The position numbers and the translations under genes were made by a program. DNA of 64,000 nucleotides. Source: an uncultured delta proteobacterium. GTDB taxonomy: Bacteria; Myxococcota_A; Polyangia; Polyangiales; Polyangiaceae. The stretch covers positions 3,424,001 to 3,488,000 of the forward strand of contig CAWDXG010000004.1 of NCBI GenBank assembly GCA_963806225.1. Reading direction: 5' to 3'. Under the pieces are notes generated by a model that ran no database searches, was not told where the DNA came from, and saw only the letters and a list, made by a program, of their open reading frames with translations. Shown one piece after another: positions 1-9,253 of the stretch (position 1 is the stretch's first letter; every line of letters begins with the position of its first letter).

Positions 1-150
1 GCGGCCTGCGTCGCGCCCAGTCGCCGGACAAGGCCCGCGCGGGCTAGGGCCGCGCGGCGCCGGCGCCGCTCTGTTCTATTGGTCTTTCGTGCCCGTCCAA
101 GCTAACGGCTTACGCCAGGAGCTAACAGCCAAGGCCGAAGGGGTACGCAG

Positions 151-1542
151 TTGAGCGAGCAGACGGAGCCGGAATTCGACGGCTGCAGAATCGTCCACAA
201 GCTCAGCTCGGGTCCGATCGCGGACGTGTACCAGGCGACCCAGCAGCCGCTGGGGCGACCGGTGCTGATCAAGGCACTGAGCCCGAGCATTCTGCCCTCG
301 TCTCCGTTCGCTGCGACGCTCGAGCGCGAAGCCAGACTGCTGGCCGAGCTCAATCACCCCTGCGTGCCGCGCGTGTACGACTTCGTCCGCCGCGACGAAC
401 GCATGTGGCTTGTTCTCGAACACGTCGAGGGATGGAGCCTCGCGGCGCTCGAAGAGAAGATCGGGCCTCTGACGCCGGCGGCGGCCGCGTCCATCGCGCT
501 CGAGGTCGCGCGAGCACTGGACCATGCGCACCAGCACGGCGTCGTGCATCGCGACGTGCGACCCGCCAACGTCCTGATATCGGATCATGCCGAGGTCAAG
601 CTGCAGAACTTCGCGGTGGCCACCGACGAACGGCTGCCCACGGCTCCCGAGCTTCTGGACGGCAGCACCAGTTTCGGCGGCCCGGCCTACATGTCGCCCG
701 AGCAGATCCTGGGCGAGGCGCCGGATCCGCGTAGCGATCTGTTCTCGCTCGGCGTCGTGCTCTACGAGATGCTGAGCGGGCAGCTGCCGTTCGACGCGCC
801 CGACGAACGCGAAAGGACGCAGCGCATCCGGCACGACCCACCGGCGCCGCTCGGCCGACTGGCACCGCACACGCCGGCATCGCTGGAGCGCATCGTCCAG
901 CGCTGCCTGGAGAAGATGGCCGGCGATCGCTTCTTCTCGGCGGTGGAGCTGGCCCAGGCGCTCGAGGGCGTGCTCGTGGAGCTCGACACGCCAGCGCCCC
1001 GGAAAAACATCGCGCGCATGCTGTTCGACGCGGACCTGATCGCCTCACCGCCCGGCGGCGACAGCGGAGCTGCCCCGCCGCTGGGCGTGGCGCCGCGCCG
1101 CACATCGCTGATGCCGGCACTCGGCGGCCTCTTGGTGTGCTTCGGCCTGATCGCCGTCGGCGGCGGCGCGTTCGGCTATTTCACCTGGAAGAACGACCGG
1201 GCCAGCACGGGCCGCCACGGCAGTACGCGACTCGAGCTGGAGCCGCGCCACGCAGGCTATCTTCGCGTGGTTGCGGAGCCGTGGGCCGTCGTGTTCGTCG
1301 ACGGACAGAAGATCGAGACCACTCCCTTCGCGCGACCGATCCCGCTCGCGGCGGGCACACACTACGTCAAGCTGGAGCACCCCGACGCCCCGACCGAACG
1401 GCGCACGGTCACGCTCGTCGCCGACGAGACGGTGCTGCTCGACGTGAAGATGAACGTCGAAGCTCCGCCGGCGTCCGATGCCGGCGACGGGGGACAGCTG
1501 GACGCCGGCGACGCCGGCGGGGACGCGCGCCCCTCGCCCTGA
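151..1542 (+). CDS. Ser/Thr protein kinase-like membrane protein with C-terminal PEGA domain (probable pseudokinase)
   Basis: VLIK, HRDVRPAN, YMSPEQ and SDLFSLG motifs. DFG is replaced by NFA. One TM helix, then a PEGA-like domain (VVAEPWAVVFVDGQKIETTP). TTG start. Confidence 0.85.
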   Translation: MSEQTEPEFDGCRIVHKLSSGPIADVYQATQQPLGRPVLIKALSPSILPSSPFAATLEREARLLAELNHPCVPRVYDFVRRDERMWLVLEHVEGWSLAALEEKIGPLTPAAAASIALEVARALDHAHQHGVVHRDVRPANVLISDHAEVKLQNFAVATDERLPTAPELLDGSTSFGGPAYMSPEQILGEAPDPRSDLFSLGVVLYEMLSGQLPFDAPDERERTQRIRHDPPAPLGRLAPHTPASLERIVQRCLEKMAGDRFFSAVELAQALEGVLVELDTPAPRKNIARMLFDADLIASPPGGDSGAAPPLGVAPRRTSLMPALGGLLVCFGLIAVGGGAFGYFTWKNDRASTGRHGSTRLELEPRHAGYLRVVAEPWAVVFVDGQKIETTPFARPIPLAAGTHYVKLEHPDAPTERRTVTLVADETVLLDVKMNVEAPPASDAGDGGQLDAGDAGGDARPSP

Positions 1543-1544
1543 AG

Positions 1545-2294
1545 TCAGCCGCTCCGGTTGCGCCAGCGTGCACGTTCTTCCTCGAACTGCCGCGCGAGAC
1601 GCCGCTGTTCCTGAATGAACGCCCCGTAGGTCTTCGGCACGCGGGTGTCCGTACTGAACGCCGAGAGCACTGCCAGCGCCGCCTCGGCGTCGTCAGTAGC
1701 GCGGTGCGCCTGTGCGATCTCGATGCCGAGCCGCGCGCACACCTCCCCGAGCGCCTTGCTCTTCTCGTACCTCTGCAGCTCCCGGGCCCACACCAGCGGA
1801 TCGATCCACTCGACGCCCTTGCGGAAGGCTGGCGGCATGTCGCTCCGGGCGGGCCCCGAGCGCTGCAGCTCGGCAACGAGGAAGTTGCGATCGAACTCCG
1901 CGTTGTAGGCGAGCGGTACCGTGCCGGCGAGCGCATCGAGCAACTCGTCGACGATCGCGGCAAACTCCGGCTTGTCCCGTACGTCGTCGTCGCTGATGCC
2001 GTGGATGTCGAAGGCTTCCTTGGGTATCGGGCGCCCAGGGTTCACCAGCCAGACGCGACGGTCGACCGTCTGCCCGCCCCTGTACACCACGCACGCGACT
2101 TCGACGATGCGATCGAGCGCGGGGTCGCGCCCCGTTGTCTCGGTGTCGATCGCAACCATCGCGACGTCGGACATCGGCGTCTCGCCCGAAAACTCGTCCG
2201 CCAAGCCTGCCGCGACGATGCGCAACAGGTGGGCGATGCCCGGATAGTGACGCCCCGTCGGGAAACAGCCGCCCCCGTCGGCGCCCGCTCTCAT
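1545..2294 (-). CDS. DEDDh 3'-5' exonuclease (DnaQ / DNA polymerase III epsilon-like)
   Basis: ExoI AIDTETTG, ExoII AYNAEFD, ExoIII AHRATDDA. The ATG at 2294 overlaps the upstream gene's stop (ATGA). Confidence 0.85.
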   Translation of the reverse strand: MRAGADGGGCFPTGRHYPGIAHLLRIVAAGLADEFSGETPMSDVAMVAIDTETTGRDPALDRIVEVACVVYRGGQTVDRRVWLVNPGRPIPKEAFDIHGISDDDVRDKPEFAAIVDELLDALAGTVPLAYNAEFDRNFLVAELQRSGPARSDMPPAFRKGVEWIDPLVWARELQRYEKSKALGEVCARLGIEIAQAHRATDDAEAALAVLSAFSTDTRVPKTYGAFIQEQRRLARQFEEERARWRNRSG

Positions 2295-3364
2295 TTCGAG
2301 CTGCTCGCGGCCTTCGGCGGCAGCCTGGGTGCGGGCGGCATCTTGACGTGCGTCGGCACGGGCGGCTTCGGCGCGGGGGACGCGCTGGGCGCGGCGCTCG
2401 CGCTGGGCGCGGCGGACGTCGCGGGCTTTTTCGCCACCACCTTCTCGGGCGTCACGCTCTTTCCGGTGCGCGTCTTGATCTCCAGCTGCACCCAGCGGTC
2501 CAGATCCTTGCCGAAGTCGAATTGGCCCAGCTTGAAGTGGCGACCGTTGATGTAGATGAGCGGCGTTCCCTCGAGCCCGAGCTTGTCGCCTTCCTTGCGA
2601 TCGCGCGCAACCAGGTCGGCCACGGCTTCGCTCTGCCAATCGGCCTTGAACTTCTTCATGTCGAGGCCGAGGTCGCGCGCGAGCTTCTCGATGCTGAGCT
2701 TGTCGAGACCCTTTTCCTGGTTCTTGAACAGCGCATCGTGCATCTGCCAGAACTTGCCCTGCTTGCCCGCCGCCACCGCGGCGCGCGCCGCGATCTCGGA
2801 ATTCTGGTGGATGCTGAGCGGGTAGTTCTTGAAGACCAGGCGGATCTTGCCGGGGAACGCCTTGAACAGCTTGTCGAGCGCCGGCGCCGCCCGACCGCAG
2901 AACGGACACTCGTAGTCCGCCCACTCGACGATCGTGACCGGCGCGTCCGCGGGACCCTTGACCGGAGAGTTGTCGGTGGGGATCGACTTGACCTGGTCGG
3001 GCGCAAACCGGGTGCGGAAAGCGGCCTCCACCTGCGAACGGGCGTTGCCCTTGCGGACGCGGTCGGCGAGGAACTTCGCCGCCGGCAGGCACAGGTCACA
3101 GCTCCGCGATTCCTTGACGCACTGCGCGATGTTGACCGGCTGATCCGGACAGGGCGAGTACAGCTCGGTCACGTAGCTGGACCACTCGCGCTTCTCGCGG
3201 GCGGTGAGGTTCGAGGTGTCGACTCCCGGGAGCGTGACCACCGTCGCGCCCTCCGGGGTCGGGCTGGGGCCCTTGCCTGCCTCGCCGGGGGAACGGCAGG
3301 TCGTGAGCTTGAAATTCAGCAGGGCCAGGGTCATCAGGGCCCCTGCGGCTCGCAAGCTGAGCAT
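2291..3364 (-). CDS. DsbA/thioredoxin-domain protein, exported
   Basis: IVEWADYECPFC active site, KNYPL and GTP cis-Pro loop. Hydrophobic N-terminus, a four-Cys N-terminal segment and an Ala/Pro tail. Start is approximate. Confidence 0.85.
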   Translation of the reverse strand: MLSLRAAGALMTLALLNFKLTTCRSPGEAGKGPSPTPEGATVVTLPGVDTSNLTAREKREWSSYVTELYSPCPDQPVNIAQCVKESRSCDLCLPAAKFLADRVRKGNARSQVEAAFRTRFAPDQVKSIPTDNSPVKGPADAPVTIVEWADYECPFCGRAAPALDKLFKAFPGKIRLVFKNYPLSIHQNSEIAARAAVAAGKQGKFWQMHDALFKNQEKGLDKLSIEKLARDLGLDMKKFKADWQSEAVADLVARDRKEGDKLGLEGTPLIYINGRHFKLGQFDFGKDLDRWVQLEIKTRTGKSVTPEKVVAKKPATSAAPSASAAPSASPAPKPPVPTHVKMPPAPRLPPKAASSSK

Positions 3365-3482
3365 TGCCCGGGGGAGCGTAGTGCCGCTCGCCGGAAGTTC
3401 AAACGCGAAATTCCTCACGGCTCCGCGGCCGGTCGAATCGGGGCGGTGCGCGAGCCGCCGGATGTGAGGTAGATCCGGGGAC

Positions 3483-5063
3483 ATGTCCGACAGCGGCCAC
3501 GAGGCGGAACCGCCCAGCGTTCTGCCGCCCCGCGCGGTCCGCCACGTCATCGCCGTCGGGGGCGGCCGCGGCGGCGTGGGCAAGAGCGTCGTGGCATCGA
3601 ACCTCGGCGTATACCTCGCGCAGCTGGGCCGGACCGTGCTCCTGATCGACGCGGACCCCGCCGGCGCCGAGCTGCACACGATGCTCGGAGTCGACCTGCC
3701 GTCGGCGTCGCCGAGCCGTGACGAACCGGTCGAGGACGATCTGACGCCCGTCCAGACCCCCGTGCCGGGCCTGCTGCTGTTGCCGCAGATGTACACGGTC
3801 GGCTCGACCGTGCCGGTGCGTCCGGGGCGCAAGCCGCGCTGGGCGCGGCGGCTCCGGCAGCTCGACGTGGACTACGTGCTGCTCGATCTGGGCGCGGGAA
3901 CGGCGCCGGCGACGCTCGACCTCTTCCTCGGCGCTGACCTCGGCCTGTGCGTCGTCGGGCCGGAGCCTCCAAGCGTGGAGGCGACCTACCGCTTCCAGCG
4001 AGCCCTCTTCCAGCGCCGGATCCGGCGCACGCTGGTCAAGGATCGCTTCAAGATGCGGCTGGTAGAACGGGCGCAGGCGGCGCTGCCGCCGTTGCCGGCC
4101 CCGCAGGATCTGGTCCGCGCGCTGGCGCGCTACGACACGGTCCTCGGCGAGCTCGCGGCGACGGAGCTCAGCAAGCTTAGACCGCGTCTGGTCGTCAACG
4201 GGGTGCGACTGCGCACCGACAGCGACCTGGGACCCGCGATGTGCGACATGGCGCAGCGCTATCTGGGCGTGAGCCTCGACTACGTCGGCCACATCGAGCA
4301 GGACGACTCCGTCTGGCTCAGCGTGGTGCGCCGCCGCCCTCTTCTCATCGACAGCCCGACCAGCAAGAGCGCACGCAATCTGGAGCGGATCGCCCGCCGC
4401 GTGCTGGCGCTGGCCACGACGCGGGAGCAGGCGCGCATCGCCGACCCTATCCCGCTCGTCCCGCTGGAGCCCAATCTGTACGACGTCCTGTGGACGCACC
4501 GCACGGCCACCGACGAGGAGCTGAGACGGGCCTACAAGAGGCAGCGCGAGCTCTACCAACCCGGCAGCCTCGCGCTCACGTCCCTTCTGGGCGAAGAGGG
4601 GCTCCGGAGCGAGCAGGCGCGCATCGAGGAAGCCCACGACACGTTGCTCGACCCGCTGCGCCGTCGCGCCTACGACGTCTCCACCTTCCCGGAGGAAGAA
4701 GAGGACCGGCCCGCGCAGAGTGGCGCCATCGACGCCGCCCTCGCCGCCGAACGGGCCATGCTCAGACAGGAGCTGGTGCGCGAGATCAACGCCGAAACGG
4801 TGTTCACAGGCGCGCTCCTCGGCAAGGTGCGCGAATCGCAGGGGATCGAGATCGAGGAAATCGCGAACCACACGAAGATCTCGGGGGCGCACCTGCGCGC
4901 CATCGAGGCGGAGGACTTCCGGAACCTGCCTGCGTTGGTGTACACGCGCGGCTTCGTGCAGCAGGTCGCCAAGTACCTGCAGCTCGATCCAGCACAGGTC
5001 TCGCGGACGTATCTCAGGCGGATGCGCGAATGGCGCGCGGCATCCGGAGAGGACAGCCCGTAG
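3483..5063 (+). CDS. MinD/FlhG-family P-loop ATPase fused to a J-like domain and a RodZ-type (HTH_25) helix-turn-helix
   Basis: GGGRGGVGKS, LIDAD and DLGAG motifs. NLYDVL...LRRAYKR...YQPG...DPLRRRAYD is J-domain-like. GALLGKVRESQGIEIEEIA...YTRGFVQQVAKYL is RodZ-HTH-like. Confidence 0.85.
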   Translation: MSDSGHEAEPPSVLPPRAVRHVIAVGGGRGGVGKSVVASNLGVYLAQLGRTVLLIDADPAGAELHTMLGVDLPSASPSRDEPVEDDLTPVQTPVPGLLLLPQMYTVGSTVPVRPGRKPRWARRLRQLDVDYVLLDLGAGTAPATLDLFLGADLGLCVVGPEPPSVEATYRFQRALFQRRIRRTLVKDRFKMRLVERAQAALPPLPAPQDLVRALARYDTVLGELAATELSKLRPRLVVNGVRLRTDSDLGPAMCDMAQRYLGVSLDYVGHIEQDDSVWLSVVRRRPLLIDSPTSKSARNLERIARRVLALATTREQARIADPIPLVPLEPNLYDVLWTHRTATDEELRRAYKRQRELYQPGSLALTSLLGEEGLRSEQARIEEAHDTLLDPLRRRAYDVSTFPEEEEDRPAQSGAIDAALAAERAMLRQELVREINAETVFTGALLGKVRESQGIEIEEIANHTKISGAHLRAIEAEDFRNLPALVYTRGFVQQVAKYLQLDPAQVSRTYLRRMREWRAASGEDSP

Positions 5064-5070
5064 CGCCGCC

Positions 5071-6504
5071 ATGCCCGAGGTTGCTACCCCGGCGGCCGAG
5101 GCCCGCACGGCCGCGGCGCATGCGCCCGCGGCGCACGACGACTGGCTGTTCTCGGTGGTCGTGGGTCTGGTCGCCCTGCTGCCCAGGCTCTTCGTAGCCA
5201 TCGCGTGGGCGCGAGAGCCGGTCTGGGACGGGCACTACTATCACTTCGGCGCCGAGCGCATCGCCAAGGGGCTCGGCTACTCCGAGGACGTGATCGTCAA
5301 CGGTCACGCGCTGTGGAAACCGTGGGCCCACTACCCCGTTGGCTACAGCGGCCTACTAGCGGGCGCGTACCGCATCTTCGGCTCCAGCCTGGTGGTCGCG
5401 CCCATCGTCAACGCGATCATCGGGACGCTGCTGGTCATCGTCGTCCACCGGCTCGGCCGCTACTACCTCGGAACCAACCGCGCACGCGTAGCAGCGGGCA
5501 TCACCGCGCTGCATCCCGGGCTCATCGCCTACTGTGCGGTCGTGATGACGGAGCCGCTCGCCGCGCTTCTGCTCATGGCAGCGGCGCTGTGCGCGCTGCG
5601 CTGGCGCGGCCAGTGGCTCGGCGTGGTGCTCGCCGGGCTCACGCTGGGCCTCGCCGTGCTCGTGCGACCCTCGGCTCTCCTGGCTGCACCGCTCATCGCC
5701 CTCACCCAGCCGAAGCCCGCCTGGCAGGCACTGCTGCGCGGCGCGCTGGTGACCGCGATCGCGTTCGTGGTGGTGGTGCCCTGGTCGCTGCGCATCTGCC
5801 GGGTGATGGACGGCTGCGCGTTCGTCTCGACGAATGGCGGCTGGAATCTGGCCATCGGCGCCATCACCAGGACCGGCCGCTTCACCACCCTCCACGCCTC
5901 CGACGGCTGCCCCGTGGTGACCGGCCAGGTCGAGCAGGATCGCTGCTGGGCCAAGGTGGGCGAAAAGATCATCCTGGCTCATCCCTGGCACTGGATCGGC
6001 ATGATGCCGAAGAAGCTCGCCGAGAACTTCGACCACGAGTCGTTCGCGATCGAGTACCTGCACGAAGCCGATCCCATCACCTGGCCCGAGCGGCGCCGCG
6101 TCGCGGGGCGCGGTCTTCTGACGCTGTTCCACCGCCTGCTGATGGTCGTAGCGGCGCTCGGCGTGGTGGCGCTCGCGGACTGGCGCAACCAGCCACAACG
6201 CGAGTGGCTCACCCAGCTCGGGCTGGTCGCGCTGGTGTGCGGACTGGGCCTCTTCGCTTTCCTGGATCTCCAGCACCCGTTCTATCTGCTGGTCGTCTTG
6301 ACCCCGTTGATCGGCTTTGTGCCGTTGCCGGGACGCCCGCGCCAGGAGCCGGTGGGCTGGTACCTGCTGGGCCTCATCGCCGTGACCGCCCTCACCCACG
6401 CCGTCTTCTTCGGCGACGACCGCTACCACCTGCTCGTCACCCCCGTGCTGTGCCTGCTCGCGGCCGCAGCACTGCGTCCCTCGCGGGCGGCCGCAAAGCG
6501 CTAG
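5071..6504 (+). CDS. Polytopic GT-C glycosyltransferase (PMT/ArnT, GT39/GT83-like)
   Basis: Many TM helices. WDGHYY loop after TM1, YPVGY, MTEPL, VRP and STNGGWNL motifs, and a C-terminal RYH. Confidence 0.75.
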   Translation: MPEVATPAAEARTAAAHAPAAHDDWLFSVVVGLVALLPRLFVAIAWAREPVWDGHYYHFGAERIAKGLGYSEDVIVNGHALWKPWAHYPVGYSGLLAGAYRIFGSSLVVAPIVNAIIGTLLVIVVHRLGRYYLGTNRARVAAGITALHPGLIAYCAVVMTEPLAALLLMAAALCALRWRGQWLGVVLAGLTLGLAVLVRPSALLAAPLIALTQPKPAWQALLRGALVTAIAFVVVVPWSLRICRVMDGCAFVSTNGGWNLAIGAITRTGRFTTLHASDGCPVVTGQVEQDRCWAKVGEKIILAHPWHWIGMMPKKLAENFDHESFAIEYLHEADPITWPERRRVAGRGLLTLFHRLLMVVAALGVVALADWRNQPQREWLTQLGLVALVCGLGLFAFLDLQHPFYLLVVLTPLIGFVPLPGRPRQEPVGWYLLGLIAVTALTHAVFFGDDRYHLLVTPVLCLLAAAALRPSRAAAKR

Positions 6505-6516
6505 ACTGCGCTCGGC

Positions 6517-8313
6517 ATGCGCCCATCCTCGCGCTCCCGCTCCGATCACCGGAGCCTGCCTCCGGCGGGCGTCGGCAAGGAGGAGCTGCGCGCCATCGTG
6601 CTCAAGCCCTACCTGCTCCGGCTGCGCGACGAGCGCGGTGAGCCCGCGGCCCGCGCGCTGCTCAGCACCATCGGCATCCCCACCACCGTGCTCGACAACG
6701 AGACCGCGTGGATCTCGATCGCTGCGGCGCGCCGGGCGCTGTCCGCGCTGGCAACCGCGTTGGGCGACGACGCCATCGCCGAACGCGGCGCCTGGATGAC
6801 CCATCCCGAAACGCTTGGCGCGTACGTCCGCATGCTGCGCGTCGCCTCGAAACCGCTGGATGCGTATGGCTACCTCACGGCGAACGCCGCCGAGACGACC
6901 CGCGTGGGCAGCTACCACCTCGACCAGCTAGGACGCGAACGGGTGCGCATCGTGTACACGCCCCACCCCGACACCGAGGCGGAACAGAACGACCTCTTGA
7001 TGTGCCGGGCGCGGCGCGCCGAGCTGGCCAGCGTGCCACGGCTGTGGGGTCTCGCGGACGCCGAGGTCGAAGAGCAGACGTGCCTGGCTCACGGCGACGC
7101 ATCCTGCACCTACGAGCTTCGCTGGATCCCCGCGGCGCGACGGCGGGGGCCGCTGCCCGGAGCGGCTCTCGGCGGAGTGATGTGCGGCGGGGCGGTGGCC
7201 GCCTCGGGCAGCCTGCTGGCCACCGGTATCGGAGGCGTCGTGGGAGCCGGGCTCGGCGCGTTGATCGGTGTGCTGGCACGCCGCAACGCCCAGGAGCGCG
7301 CCGCACACGTCTTCGAGACGCACCGCATCGCCGCGCTGGAGCGGGGGCTCGAGCTCAGAGGACAGACGCCGGCCCTGCCGGGCGATCTGACCGGCGCCGT
7401 GCTCGGCGGCAAGTACCAGATCCTCCGCAAGATCGGCTCCGGCGGCATCGGCGCCGTGTATGCGGCGGAGCACACGGCACTGGGCTCCGAGGTCGCCATC
7501 AAGGTGCTGCGCGGCGCGGCCGCGGCGGACGCCGCGGAGATCGCCCGGCTGCGGCGCGAAGCGCAGGTGCAGGTGTCGATCGAGCATCCGTGCGTGGTCC
7601 GGACATTCGACCTGGATCAGATGCCGGACGGTTCGATCTACGTCGTGATGGAGCTGCTGCGCGGCATGAGTCTGTCCGAGCGGCTGAAGACCCGCGGGCC
7701 CGTGGCCCCCGGCTTCGGCATCCCCGTGTTCATGCAGGTCTGCCGGGCGCTCGACGCCGCCCACGAGCTCGGCATCGTCCACCGCGACCTGAAGCCCGGA
7801 AACATCTTCATCTGCGAGGACCAGTCGGTGAAGGTGCTCGACTTCGGCATGAGCAAGTTCGCGGAAGCAGAAACACTGACCCAGGACGGCTACACTCTGG
7901 GGACCCCCGAGTACATGTCGCCTGAACAGTGCATCGGGGCGCCCGTCGAACCGCGCTCGGACCTGTATGCCTTCGGCGTCCTGATGTACGAGGCGCTGAC
8001 CGGGGAGATCCCCATCCAGGGCCGGAACCGCCGCGAGCTTCTGGAGCTCCACCAGCGCGCGGTGCCACCGGGCATGCGCGAGCGACGCCCGGACCTCCCG
8101 ATCCCCGAGGCGCTGGACAACGCGGTCATGGCCTGTCTCGCCAAGCGTGCGGCGGAGCGCCCGGCGAACGCACGGGAGCTCGAGCGGATGCTGGCAGCGG
8201 TGCCGCACGAGGGCCTGGTCCGCGACTACCCGCCCGGAACTCCGCGGCGCTACCGGCCCGCCGACGGCCCGGAAAGGAAATTCCGGAACCCGGCGCGCGA
8301 TCGGGGCCGGTGA
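6517..8313 (+). CDS. Ser/Thr protein kinase with N-terminal V4R/H-NOX-like sensor domain
   Basis: Intact GSGGIG, VAIK, HRDLKPGN, DFG and GTPEYMSPEQ. The N-terminal ~200 aa end in C-x25-CLAHGDASCTYELRW, followed by a Gly-rich hydrophobic hairpin. Confidence 0.85.
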   Translation: MRPSSRSRSDHRSLPPAGVGKEELRAIVLKPYLLRLRDERGEPAARALLSTIGIPTTVLDNETAWISIAAARRALSALATALGDDAIAERGAWMTHPETLGAYVRMLRVASKPLDAYGYLTANAAETTRVGSYHLDQLGRERVRIVYTPHPDTEAEQNDLLMCRARRAELASVPRLWGLADAEVEEQTCLAHGDASCTYELRWIPAARRRGPLPGAALGGVMCGGAVAASGSLLATGIGGVVGAGLGALIGVLARRNAQERAAHVFETHRIAALERGLELRGQTPALPGDLTGAVLGGKYQILRKIGSGGIGAVYAAEHTALGSEVAIKVLRGAAAADAAEIARLRREAQVQVSIEHPCVVRTFDLDQMPDGSIYVVMELLRGMSLSERLKTRGPVAPGFGIPVFMQVCRALDAAHELGIVHRDLKPGNIFICEDQSVKVLDFGMSKFAEAETLTQDGYTLGTPEYMSPEQCIGAPVEPRSDLYAFGVLMYEALTGEIPIQGRNRRELLELHQRAVPPGMRERRPDLPIPEALDNAVMACLAKRAAERPANARELERMLAAVPHEGLVRDYPPGTPRRYRPADGPERKFRNPARDRGR

Positions 8314-8336
8314 TCTGGTCTAGACTGGCTCCGTCG

Positions 8337-9247
8337 ATGAGACCTTCCCGGCTCTGCGCGTTCTTCGCGTTCCTGGTTCTCTGCGTCAGCGGCGCGGACG
8401 CCCGGGCCTTCACCCACATCGTGGAACCCGGCGAGACCCTGGCGGCCATCGCCGAGCACTTCTACGGCAGAATCCAGTACGAGAAGCTGCTCGTCGCAGC
8501 GAACAACCTGGATGCAGAGGGCGGTTCCCCCATCGTGCCGGGCATGCGGCTGGAGGTCCCCGCGCTCGGGCACTACCGGGTGCGGCCGGGCGACAGCTGG
8601 AACGGGCTAGCCCAGAAGCTCCTGGGAGCGAAGGGCCGGGCCGACGTGCTGGCCGCCGCCAACGGCACGAGCCCGTGGCTGCCCCGGCCGACGGCGCCGA
8701 GATCGTCGTGCCCTACAACCTGAAAGTCGTGGCGACGGGCACCGACACGACCATCACGATCGCGTACAGGTACCTCGGCAACATGAACAAGGCCTGGGTG
8801 CTCGACCACTACAACGGACTCAAGGGGCGACATCTCCGGCGGGGTGATCTGGTGCTCGTACCGTTGACGGATCTGCCGCTGACTCCGGACGGCAAGAAGG
8901 CCGCAGCCGAAGCAGCGGGAGCAGCCTGCAGCGAGGCGGCGGGGAGCGCCAGGCTGTCGCAGAAGCGGGTGCAGAACGAGCTACCCGCCCTCATGGCGGA
9001 CGTGCAGAACGGCCGCTACGTTGAAGCGGTGACCCGCGGCAACCGCTTCCTGTCGTCCGGGCCGCTTACCGAACCCCAGCTGGCGAACGTCGAGCGCGAA
9101 CTGCTGGAAGCGTACGTCGCGCTCGACGCGACCGGGTTGGCCACCGCCGCCTGCAACGCCTGGCGGAAGCACGATAGGCAGGCGCGCCTGGATCCGGTCC
9201 TGCTCAGTCCCAAGATCATCGCCGCCTGCAAGCGGGGCCATTCCTGA
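8337..9247 (+). CDS. Secreted LysM-repeat protein (apparent frameshift near 8682)
   Basis: Signal peptide (ADARA), then HIVEPGETLAAIAEHFYG, YRVRPGDSWNGLAQK and a third LysM-like unit. The reading continues in the 8675..9247 frame; a C appears to be missing from a C-run at ~8682. Confidence 0.75.
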
Positions 9248-9253
9248 GGCGCG

